In this document: piece by piece, positions 44,546 through 52,288 of the stretch
Position numbering within the stretch: position 1 is the stretch's first letter
Layout: the number at the start of each line of letters is the position of its first letter
Position numbers and translations under genes: made by a program
Notes under the pieces: model-generated
Seen by the model: only the letters and a program-made list of their open reading frames with translations
Told to the model about the DNA's origin: nothing
Databases searched by the model: none
Assembly: GCA_046539305.1 (NCBI GenBank)
Contig: JBKHHE010000001.1
Span: 77,150 to 141,149 of the forward strand
Direction: 5' to 3'
From: Candidatus Aenigmatarchaeota archaeon
GTDB lineage: Archaea > Aenigmatarchaeota > Aenigmatarchaeia > PWEA01
DNA: 64,000 bases

Positions 44546-44830
44546 ATGCTGCGAGAAAACGGGAAAGGGGACATATCCCTTTCAATCCGCACCGTTATGC
44601 TTATGTCTCTTGGGTTAATTGTCTTGATTGGGCTTATCATGATATTCACCGGAGGCCTTGATATCGGACTGGACCTGACCGACTGTGATGCCGCAATCGA
44701 GAAAAACTGCGGTACGTACGTGGCCAACGGTTGCTGCGACGAGGGCAACAGCTGCACCGAGGTCGTGGCTGATTTCGACCTTCCTGATAAGTGCACCGAA
44801 CCCAGTGACTGGTCGGAAAGGTGCTGCTAG
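44546..44830 (+). CDS. Cys-rich pilin-like protein (class III signal)
   Basis: MLRENGKG|DISLSIRTVMLMSLGLIVLIGLIMIFTGGLDIG. It has 8 Cys and ends SERCC*. Confidence 0.65.
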   Translation: MLRENGKGDISLSIRTVMLMSLGLIVLIGLIMIFTGGLDIGLDLTDCDAAIEKNCGTYVANGCCDEGNSCTEVVADFDLPDKCTEPSDWSERCC

Positions 44831-44864
44831 GCCGGGAATAAACACTCTTTCTGAAGAAATGGAA

Positions 44865-45081
44865 TGGTGCGCCTGCCGGGAGTTTCAGAAACCAAGTTTT
44901 TGATGGAACTTTTTCTAAAAGTTTCTTTTGAACCCGGGTTGCGAGCACTCTCCGACCTTTTTCTTTTCGTGGACGTTTTGCGAACGTAGTGAGTAAAAGG
45001 TCCTGGGAGGCTCGAGTCTTACCTGAAGTGCGCGACCAGTTCCCTCACGCAACTCTCTAGGCCAGACTAGACCACAGGCGC
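44865..45081 (-). tRNA. tRNA-Gly (CCC) with three introns (D-loop, 37/38, 59/60), encoded CCA
   Basis: Exons 45081-45062, 45021-45004, 44947-44927 and 44881-44865 join to GCGCCTG TG GTCT AGTCTGGTA AGAC T CGAGC CTCCCAT GCTCG CAAC CCGGG TTCAAAT CCCGG CAGGCGC A CCA. Strict bulge-helix-bulge motifs flank the second and third introns. Confidence 0.88.
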
Positions 45082-45103
45082 ACGCGTTATTTTGTTCATT
45101 TCT

Positions 45104-45111
45104 AATTTAAA
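45104..45111 (-). promoter_or_regulatory. TATA box (TTTAAATT on minus strand) for tRNA-Gly
   Basis: The box ends 22 nt upstream of tRNA position +1 (45081). It is the same octamer and spacing as at the initiator tRNA gene. Confidence 0.6.
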
Positions 45112-45113
45112 AA

Positions 45114-45953
45114 TTATTCGAAGTCCATGCAGGTCCTTCCGTAGTGGAAGAGATATTCGTGGGCGTAACCCGCGTACCTCCCGAAGTAGTCTCTCATTTT
45201 TTCCGAGGTTTCGTCGTAGTTTCTGCCGTTCAGTTCTGGATACTTCTCCTGGATGACTTTCCACATCCAGGTGTCTATGGGAAACGCCTGGAGGAAGTCC
45301 AGGGAAAACAAAAGCACGCAGTCCGCGACCTTGTCTCCCACGCCCTGGAGTTTCATCAACTCCTGCTTGGCTTCTTCGTACTTCATTTTCTTAATATTTT
45401 CTGTCCTGATTTCGTTCTCGGCTACCATCTCCGAGGTCCGCTTTACATAATCGGCCCTGTATCCCAGGCCTAGATCCTTTAGCTCCTCCAGCGGGACTTT
45501 TGATAGCCTTTGGGGTTCAGGAAACTGATGGTAGATTTCACCTTCAAGCTCCAGATTTTTCCCGTGTCTCTCGGCAAGCTGATCCTGAATTTCCTTGATC
45601 CGTGGAATCTGCATCTGCGCCGAGGTTATGAAAGAGATCAGGCAGTGGAAGAACTCGTCGTTTATTATTCTGAGGCCCCTGTTTTCCTGTATAGCTTGAG
45701 AAACAAAATTGTCCTTTGATATTTCTTCGCAAATTTCCTCCAGGGGGTCACCAATACGGAGAACTTCAGCTGGATCTATCCTGTTGCCATAGTTTTCGTA
45801 GAAGAGTTTGTCATCTTCCTGCCAGACCTTGAGCAATCCACCGTTCCGGATGGTGTAGTATTTTTCTCCGTCCCTGTGCCAGAAGAAGGTCTGCCCGCAC
45901 TCCAGCGTTTTTTGCAGGTCGAACGGTTCTTCAAGTTTTATTTTTCTCGGCAT
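45114..45953 (-). CDS. ogg: 8-oxoguanine DNA glycosylase / HhH-GPD N-glycosylase-lyase
   Basis: LMKLQGVGDKVADCVLLFSL is the HhH-GPD hallmark, followed by FPIDTWM. 279 aa. Confidence 0.8.
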   Translation of the reverse strand: MPRKIKLEEPFDLQKTLECGQTFFWHRDGEKYYTIRNGGLLKVWQEDDKLFYENYGNRIDPAEVLRIGDPLEEICEEISKDNFVSQAIQENRGLRIINDEFFHCLISFITSAQMQIPRIKEIQDQLAERHGKNLELEGEIYHQFPEPQRLSKVPLEELKDLGLGYRADYVKRTSEMVAENEIRTENIKKMKYEEAKQELMKLQGVGDKVADCVLLFSLDFLQAFPIDTWMWKVIQEKYPELNGRNYDETSEKMRDYFGRYAGYAHEYLFHYGRTCMDFE

Positions 45954-46005
45954 TAAGTTCAGTCAATCTTACATCTTTTTAAAACTAAAGGTTTCATGTA
46001 AAGCC

Positions 46006-46566
46006 ATGGAAAAACTGGTTAAACTTTTCTTTGAGGCCGGGAAGTTAAGGGACGAAGAGAGGTCCGGTTGGAAGTTTCTTTCCGTCGAGAACCCCGAGAG
46101 CGTGGCGGAACATTCATTCAGAGCTGCTCTCATAGGCTACTTCCTTGCAAAGGAGGAAGGGGCGGACGGAGACAGGGTTATCAAGATGCTCCTGTTCCAC
46201 GACCTCCCGGAATCCAGGATCGGAGACATACATAAAGTTTCGGGGAAGTACCTAAATAAGTCCGATGCCGAGAGTGAGGTGATTAAGGATCAGAAAAGGA
46301 GGATGCCGGGGGAAATGGGTGAGGAATACCAAAGCCTACTGCAAGAATTTGAGAAGAGGGAGAGCAAGGAAGCCGTTGTCGCCAGGGACGCTGACCTTAT
46401 CGAGTGTTCCGTCCAGGCCAAGGAATATATGGAAAAGGGGCACTCGGAAGCCGAGAACTGGATAGAGAATGCAGGTAAAGAGATTGAAACGGAAACAGCA
46501 AAGGAAATGCTCAACCTAATCGTGGAAAAATATGAGCCGTGGTGGAAGGGACTGAAGGAGGTCTGA
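46006..46566 (+). CDS. HD-domain phosphohydrolase (YfbR-like 5'-nucleotidase)
   Basis: ERSGW ... ESVAEHSFRAALIG ... LLFHDLPESRIGDI is the HD motif pattern. Confidence 0.75.
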   Translation: MEKLVKLFFEAGKLRDEERSGWKFLSVENPESVAEHSFRAALIGYFLAKEEGADGDRVIKMLLFHDLPESRIGDIHKVSGKYLNKSDAESEVIKDQKRRMPGEMGEEYQSLLQEFEKRESKEAVVARDADLIECSVQAKEYMEKGHSEAENWIENAGKEIETETAKEMLNLIVEKYEPWWKGLKEV

Positions 46567-46594
46567 ATTCTTACAGCAATTCAAGGTCGCGGAC

Positions 46595-46777
46595 TCAGTC
46601 ATCTATCTCACTTGCCTTCCTGAACTTCCCGTCCGAATCCTTCGGCTTTGGCGGGGCGCACCTGTTCGTCTTTTCCTTGTACGTCGCGCCGCAGCTGTGG
46701 CACTTGACGCGCTTCTCCGCCTTCGACTTCTGCTTGTGTCCGCAGTCCGGACATCGGTGGTAAAAGACCTGGAACAT
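46595..46777 (-). CDS. small zinc-ribbon protein
   Basis: 60 aa with CPDCGH ... CHSCGA and a basic tail. Confidence 0.5.
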   Translation of the reverse strand: MFQVFYHRCPDCGHKQKSKAEKRVKCHSCGATYKEKTNRCAPPKPKDSDGKFRKASEIDD

Positions 46778-46816
46778 ATAGTAGCCTTTAAGTCCAAAGG
46801 TCTAAAAAGTTATTCC

Positions 46817-47176
46817 ATGAGGAAAGGCGTCTACGTACTCCTGGCGCGACTGAAGGAGAAGAAAAAAATAGAGGTGGGAAGCCTCGGAACCTTCGAGTTT
46901 GAACCGGGTTTATACTGCTACGTAGGCTCCGGAATGAACAACCTGGACAAGCGCGTCGAGAGGCACTTCTCCGAGGAGAAAAAGAAATACTGGCATATCG
47001 ACTACTTTCTGGAGGAGGCGGAGGTTGGCGGCGCCGTGAAGATACGGACGGAGAGGGATCTGGAATGTGAGCTTAACAAAACCGTGGAGGAAATCTGTGA
47101 GGAAACGCCCGTGCCGGGCTTCGGATCATCGGACTGTAAATGCCGGGCCCATCTCCACATCCTCGAGGAAGGGTAG
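46817..47176 (+). CDS. GIY-YIG-like DUF123 protein
   Basis: GVYVLLARL ... GLYCYVGSGMNNLDKRVERHFSEEKKKYWHIDYFL matches the DUF123/GIY-YIG pattern. The start is at ATG 46817. Confidence 0.65.
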   Translation: MRKGVYVLLARLKEKKKIEVGSLGTFEFEPGLYCYVGSGMNNLDKRVERHFSEEKKKYWHIDYFLEEAEVGGAVKIRTERDLECELNKTVEEICEETPVPGFGSSDCKCRAHLHILEEG

Positions 47177-47240
47177 TGGGCCATCACTTCTCAAGCAAGT
47201 CCGAAAAATGCTTATATATTTGGAAAGGTTAGTAGGAAAC

Positions 47241-47753
47241 ATGCTGTTCGACGAACCCTACAAAGTCGTGGAGGATGGAAAGTCCAACTCGGTCCAGATC
47301 CTTCCGAAGGAAAGCTTGGACAAAGAGGGAAAGAAGGACGCCCTTGAAAGGGCCACGGAGCTCTTTGAAGAGGGATACGAAGAAGTCAGTATCCAATCCC
47401 GGGCGGGAGAACTTGAAAAGGCCTCCTGGGGACGTGCGATGGAAAACCTGACCAAGGAATACCAAGAAGAAGTCAAGGAAAACAGGGAGAAGGTGGAAAA
47501 CTGGGAAGGGGCCAAAACCAACGCGGTGAGCCTGCCCATCGGGTTTGGAACGGGTATGATAACAAGCGCTTACCTTCTCTTCGGGAAAAAGGAGGAAGGT
47601 CTGGCAGGGGCTGCCGGTGTAGGATCTGCGGTCCTGGCCTACTTCGGCGCAGATGAAGCCGCTAAGAAAATGGTCGAAAGGTACAGGAGCAAAGCAACCG
47701 AGTATTCGCAGAAGCTGCAGAGTCTACGGAACGAAATTGAAATCGAGTACTGA
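47241..47753 (+). CDS. hypothetical protein with C-terminal membrane segment
   Basis: 170 aa from ATG 47241 (alternative start 47208). It has two hydrophobic stretches near residues 95-140. Confidence 0.45.
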   Translation: MLFDEPYKVVEDGKSNSVQILPKESLDKEGKKDALERATELFEEGYEEVSIQSRAGELEKASWGRAMENLTKEYQEEVKENREKVENWEGAKTNAVSLPIGFGTGMITSAYLLFGKKEEGLAGAAGVGSAVLAYFGADEAAKKMVERYRSKATEYSQKLQSLRNEIEIEY

Positions 47754-47875
47754 AATAAGTATATGACTCGGGGGTCCCGTGTAGCAAGTACGTATGTCTT
47801 AGAGTGAAGGTTGCGGTGCGAGATTCCTTGCAACAATTATTTAAAAGGAAGTCCAAATAAAGTAATGGGGATAAT

Positions 47876-48421
47876 GTGTTAAGAAAACTCAAGGAGAATT
47901 TCTTCTCTTTTTTCCAAAGCAGTGGAAGCTCTACGGAGAGTCCTTACCCGCAAGTCCATGACACGGCCTGGGTGGCACCAGACGCCATCATAATCGGGGA
48001 TGTGGAGATCGGTGAGAACAGCTCCGTCTGGCCAGGCGCAGTAATTCGAGGGGATATAGGCAAAGTGGAGATAGGCAAGAACGTAAATATCCAGGATAAT
48101 GCAGTCATCCACCCGAGCTCCAAGGAAGGAATCAGGATTGGGGACAACGTGACCGTCGCCCATGGTACGGTGCTGGACGGGTGCGACGTGGAAGACAATG
48201 TGATGATAGGAATAAACGTCACGGCCTTACACCACTCAAAAATAAAACACGGTAGCATAATCGGTGCGGGTTCGCTGCTGACGCCGGGCACCGAGACGGA
48301 ACCAGAGTCGGTCTACAACGGGAGTCCTGCAGAGAAGACCAGAGACCTCCAGGAGCAAGACAGGAAAATAATGGAGAAGATGAGCAGAAGCTACGTCAAG
48401 CTGAAGGGCGAATACGAATAG
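47876..48421 (+). CDS. gamma-carbonic-anhydrase-like left-handed beta-helix protein
   Basis: Hexapeptide repeats are present: VAPDAIIIGDVEIGENSSVWPGAVIRGD ... VNIQDNAVIH. 181 aa. Confidence 0.75.
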   Translation: MLRKLKENFFSFFQSSGSSTESPYPQVHDTAWVAPDAIIIGDVEIGENSSVWPGAVIRGDIGKVEIGKNVNIQDNAVIHPSSKEGIRIGDNVTVAHGTVLDGCDVEDNVMIGINVTALHHSKIKHGSIIGAGSLLTPGTETEPESVYNGSPAEKTRDLQEQDRKIMEKMSRSYVKLKGEYE

Positions 48422-48441
48422 AGTATGGATTTTGATGGTTT

Positions 48442-49464
48442 ATGGGTGTGGACCTTTCCAACCTTGCAGGGCCGGAAGAAACTTCCTTGGAAACGTTCAA
48501 GGGTAGAACCGTCGCGCTGGACGCACTGAATATGCTCTACCAGTTTCTTTCAATAATAAGGCAGCCTGACGGCGAGCCTCTCAAAGATTCCAAGGGCAGA
48601 GTGACATCTCACCTCTCCGGAGTCTTTTACAGGACTGCAAAACTCGAGGAAAATGAGATAAGACCTTTTTACGTCTTTGATGGAGAACCGCCGGAGTTCA
48701 AGGAGAGTGTCAACGAGAAGAGGAGGGAAAGGAGGAAAGAGGCGAAGAAAAAGTACGAGAAAGCGCTAGAAAGGGGAGAAACTGAAAAGGCGAAAAAATA
48801 CGCGCAGCAGGCTGTAACCGTGCAAGAGGAAATGATAAATCAAACAAAGAAGCTGCTGGACGGTATGGGTATACCGTGGATCCAGGCTCCCAGTGAGGGA
48901 GAGGCACAGGCCGCCTTCATGGCCAGGAGGGGGGAGGCTTGGGCCGTTGGCAGCCAAGACTTCGACTCGCTTCTCTTCGGAGCTCCTATTCTAATTAGAA
49001 ATCTTACGATAACCGGTAAGAGGAAGCTCCCTGGTAAAAATACCTACAGGGAGGTCAGACCCGAGAAAATAAAACTGGAGGAGACGTTGGAGGAACTCGG
49101 TGTGAACAGGGAGCAGCTCATAATAATAGGAATACTGGTAGGGACGGACTACACACCTGGAGGTGTTAAGGGTATAGGACCTAAGAAAGCTTTAAAGCTT
49201 GTAAAGAAGCAGGGAAATCTGCGCTCTGTACTCGAAAGGTTCGACTGGCCTTTCGACAAAGACCCTGAAGATATCGTAAACTTCTTCATGGAGCCTCCGG
49301 TAAACAAGGATTACGAGCTGACTTGGAGGGAGCCTGACACAGAGGATATAAAGAATTTTCTCTGTAATGAACACGATTTTTCTGAGGACAGGATTGAAAA
49401 GCCCATAAAGAGACTGAAAGAAAGTAGGAGCGGGGGTAAACAGTCTAGACTGAATTCATTCTAG
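48442..49464 (+). CDS. fen: flap endonuclease 1
   Basis: MGVDLSNL ... ALDALNMLYQFLS ... PSEGEAQAA ... GTDYTPGGVKGIGPKKAL are XPG-N/I and H3TH motifs. Confidence 0.9.
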   Translation: MGVDLSNLAGPEETSLETFKGRTVALDALNMLYQFLSIIRQPDGEPLKDSKGRVTSHLSGVFYRTAKLEENEIRPFYVFDGEPPEFKESVNEKRRERRKEAKKKYEKALERGETEKAKKYAQQAVTVQEEMINQTKKLLDGMGIPWIQAPSEGEAQAAFMARRGEAWAVGSQDFDSLLFGAPILIRNLTITGKRKLPGKNTYREVRPEKIKLEETLEELGVNREQLIIIGILVGTDYTPGGVKGIGPKKALKLVKKQGNLRSVLERFDWPFDKDPEDIVNFFMEPPVNKDYELTWREPDTEDIKNFLCNEHDFSEDRIEKPIKRLKESRSGGKQSRLNSF

Positions 49465-50697
49465 TTTGAGTTCCACTTTAAGAAGTTCATGGACCCTTTC
49501 TTTAATTTCGTCTTCCAGTTCCTCGACGGATTTTTTTGCCTTTTTTAGTTTGTCTTCTTCTTTTTCAATCCTATCCTGAAGTTCTTCTATTTTCTCCTCC
49601 TTTCTCTGAATCTCGGATTTAATTTCCTCCCTTCTTCCTTGCATGTCCAGATCCTCTATTGACTCCCTGGCTTCCTGAATACCCTGTTCCAGGTCTTCCC
49701 ATCTCTTTACAAGATTTTCCAGGTCCTTTAGATCAATCCTTTCCAGCTCGTTTCTAAGTCTTTTGGCCTCGTCATCCGAAAAGTCAAGTTCCCTGGACTT
49801 CAAACTTTCCTTGAGTTTCCGGGCTGCACTCTTCAAAAAGGACAGACCTTCATCGTTCCTTACAGCGTCCAACGGTGAATCTATATACTTGGTGAGAAGA
49901 CCCTCTTTCTCGGAGAAATAGCCGAAGTATCGGAGCTTTTTCAGGCCTCTCTTGACAGGCGAAATATCGCCCAGAATGGCGTTCTTTGTCTTCTGTATCT
50001 CCGACTTCAGTTCTTCAACCTTGCGCTCCTTTTCTTCTATTTCCTCCGTTTTCTCCGACTCCTTTAGGCTTCTGAGATTTTCTTTCAGTTCTTCTTTTTC
50101 CTTCAGTCTCTCGTCGAGTTTTCCATGTATATCTTTGATATTCTGCTTGAGGTCCTTTGTCCTTTCGTGTTTTTTGATCAAACTTTCATACTTTGAAAGC
50201 GTCTCCTTTACCTTCAGAAGTTTGTCGCCGGGCTGTAACATCTTCTCCAAGTCCTGAAGGGATTCCATGAGGTTCTCCGTTTTATCCCGATGCAACTTCT
50301 TCACGAACTTGACGCTTTTACCGACCTTGCTTGAGACTTTTTCTATCTCCTCTGATTTATCTTCAAGGAACTGGCATACGGTCCTGTAGTCTGTCTCTTC
50401 AGGCGTCTGAAATCTATCCACGAAGCTCTGGATCCGCCCCGTGAGTACCTTCTTGTTTGAAGTGCCGGCTTTCTTCAGTCTGGGAGCAACTTCCTCCGGA
50501 ACCTCTTCCCTTTTTAGCGCATCCAAGTTTTCTTCAACCTCGTCTACGATCCCCTCTATTTCTCCGTATCTCGACTCAACGTCTCTCCACTCGAAGCCGC
50601 GAAGCTCCTGTAGCTCCCCCACGAACCACTCCTCGAACTCGTCGAAGTCTACTCTCTCTTCCCTTTCATCTTCCCCAGACGTCAAAAAATCAAACAT
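49456..50697 (-). CDS. long coiled-coil protein
   Basis: About 413 aa, K/E-rich with heptad character throughout. It is convergent with fen, with a 9-nt overlap. The start is at Met4 of the track ORF. Confidence 0.5.
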   Translation of the reverse strand: MFDFLTSGEDEREERVDFDEFEEWFVGELQELRGFEWRDVESRYGEIEGIVDEVEENLDALKREEVPEEVAPRLKKAGTSNKKVLTGRIQSFVDRFQTPEETDYRTVCQFLEDKSEEIEKVSSKVGKSVKFVKKLHRDKTENLMESLQDLEKMLQPGDKLLKVKETLSKYESLIKKHERTKDLKQNIKDIHGKLDERLKEKEELKENLRSLKESEKTEEIEEKERKVEELKSEIQKTKNAILGDISPVKRGLKKLRYFGYFSEKEGLLTKYIDSPLDAVRNDEGLSFLKSAARKLKESLKSRELDFSDDEAKRLRNELERIDLKDLENLVKRWEDLEQGIQEARESIEDLDMQGRREEIKSEIQRKEEKIEELQDRIEKEEDKLKKAKKSVEELEDEIKERVHELLKVELKLE

Positions 50698-50726
50698 GCA
50701 AATCACTTGAAGGCCATGTCTCTAGT

Positions 50727-51377
50727 TCAGAGGCCTTTCTCTCCTTTTAGCTTGACAAACCTATAACCTTTTTCGTCTTCAATAGTTTTAAGTCCGTCTC
50801 CCTCCATCTTCTCCACCACCCTCATGCTTTGAACGAAACTTGCACCTACCGGCGCAACTATCCTCCCGCCAGTTTTCAGCTGCTCGATCCATTCCTCCTG
50901 AATCCTTGGAGAGGCAGCGGTGCAGATTATCCCGTCGTAGGGCGCATGGTTTTCCAGGCCCGTGGAACCGTCTCCCTCAACTACTTCAACGTTGTCTATA
51001 TTTGCCTTGGCCAAGTTCTCCTTTGCCTGGTCCACCAGTTCCGCGACATGCTCAACTGTGTAGACCTTTCCTTCGTCTCCGACCAGTCTGGACAGTATAG
51101 CGGCCTGCCATCCAGAGCCCGCCCCTATCTCCAGAATCTTGTCGCCGGGCTGCGGGTCCAGCCACTGGGTCATCTTCGCGACCACGGATGGCTGGGATAT
51201 GGTCTGTCCCTCACCTATCGACAAGGGCGTGTCCCTGTAGGCGTGCTCCTTGTACTCTTCGGGCACGAAATTCTCACGCGGCGTTTCCAAGAAGGCATCC
51301 TCTACTCTGTCCTCGGTGAGATTGCCCTTCTTCCTCATCTTCTCCACGAGCTTTTTGTTCTTATCGCCACACGACAT
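50727..51377 (-). CDS. pcm: protein-L-isoaspartate O-methyltransferase
   Basis: QTISQPSVVAKMTQWL ... ILEIGAGSGWQAAIL are PIMT motifs. Confidence 0.85.
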   Translation of the reverse strand: MSCGDKNKKLVEKMRKKGNLTEDRVEDAFLETPRENFVPEEYKEHAYRDTPLSIGEGQTISQPSVVAKMTQWLDPQPGDKILEIGAGSGWQAAILSRLVGDEGKVYTVEHVAELVDQAKENLAKANIDNVEVVEGDGSTGLENHAPYDGIICTAASPRIQEEWIEQLKTGGRIVAPVGASFVQSMRVVEKMEGDGLKTIEDEKGYRFVKLKGEKGL

Positions 51378-51416
51378 CTAGAAAACTTTTTATTTAAACA
51401 AAGGTAAAAATGTTAT

Positions 51417-52265
51417 ATGTCCCAGGTCGATGAGACGGTACAAAAGATCAAAGATCTTGAGATACAGGGCGCCCAAAACATAGCCATAGAAAGTCTGAAG
51501 GTCCTGTCCGGGATAGCCGAGGAGCATGGATTCGGCGACGAGTTCGAGGAGGCCGCAGAGAAACTCGAAAACGCGAGGCCCACGGGCGTTTCGGCGCACA
51601 ACTGTATAGAGTTCGTGAGGAAAAGAAAGGAAATAGAAGCGATAGATGCTGTTATGGACTATCTAAACACCGCGAAAGACGAAGCGGGAAAGGTGGCCGC
51701 CGATCTCGTCGAGAGTGAATCGATAGTTCTCACACACTGCCACTCTTCCACGGTCATGTCTGCTTTCGACAACATGAACCGGATGGACAAGGACCTTAAA
51801 GTCATAGTCACGGAAACGGAGCCCAAACTTCAGGGAATTAAAACCGCAAGAGAACTGGTAGACATGAACATTCCTGTACACTACATAGTGGACGCAGCCG
51901 CCGGGCTATATATGTGGGCCGCTGACTACGTCCTTGTGGGAGTAGACGCAATAAAACCTACAGGAGTCCTGAACAAAATAGGAACCTACCTGATAGCACT
52001 GGCAGCTTCAGAGGATCCTGAGACTGAGTTTTACTTCGTCGGAACAAAGGATAAAATAGACTATCACAACTTCTCCGAAATTGAGGAAAGATCGGCGGAA
52101 GAGATAGACAAACATGAGCAACTGGAAGACAAGGAGGTGGCCATTAGTAACCCCGCATTCGATCTGACGCCATGGCCTCATATTGACGGACTGATAACTG
52201 AAGACGGCGTGATGAAAAGACACGACATCATCGACGAATTTGAGAATGAGTTTACCCTGGATTAA
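51417..52265 (+). CDS. ribose-1,5-bisphosphate isomerase (eIF-2B alpha/beta/delta-like, e2b2)
   Basis: eIF-2B family pattern: IQGAQNIA ... RPTGVS ... VLTHCHSSTV ... VIVTETEPKLQG ... VGVDAI ... NKIGTY. It is adjacent to RuBisCO and AMP phosphorylase. Confidence 0.75.
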   Translation: MSQVDETVQKIKDLEIQGAQNIAIESLKVLSGIAEEHGFGDEFEEAAEKLENARPTGVSAHNCIEFVRKRKEIEAIDAVMDYLNTAKDEAGKVAADLVESESIVLTHCHSSTVMSAFDNMNRMDKDLKVIVTETEPKLQGIKTARELVDMNIPVHYIVDAAAGLYMWAADYVLVGVDAIKPTGVLNKIGTYLIALAASEDPETEFYFVGTKDKIDYHNFSEIEERSAEEIDKHEQLEDKEVAISNPAFDLTPWPHIDGLITEDGVMKRHDIIDEFENEFTLD

Positions 52266-52288
52266 CAGGATAGAGGTATAGGATTTTC

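Noticed and set aside
26900-44860. Possibility that the orphan operon plus pilus locus is an integrated element using the adjacent tRNA-Gly 3' end as its att site.
   Set aside because: I found no integrase or recombinase gene. I found no second copy of the tRNA 3' segment (TGGTGCGCCTGCCGGG) in the intergenic regions I could inspect. There is no obvious compositional break. A by-eye repeat search is not exhaustive.
44865-45090. I first read the structured region in the 44.8-45.1 kb gap as a possible SRP (7S) RNA Alu-like domain. The cues were GCGTGCGCCTGTGGTC..., the 9-bp terminal inverted repeat GTGCGCCTG/CAGGCGCAC and rod-like pairing.
   Set aside because: No helix-8 type GGAA/AGCA motifs are present. 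The terminal pairing is followed by A-CCA. The internal pieces assemble exactly into a tRNA-Gly cloverleaf with BHB-flanked introns, which explains every helix.
47754-47875. The 122-nt gap after 47753 was checked for a tRNA or small RNA. The cues were GGGGGTCCCGTGTAGC... and the GTTGC...GCAAC hairpin with a GCGAGATTCC loop.
   Set aside because: No acceptor, T-arm or anticodon arrangement can be built. The region also has to hold the terminator of the upstream gene and the TATTTAAAA promoter of the 47876 gene.
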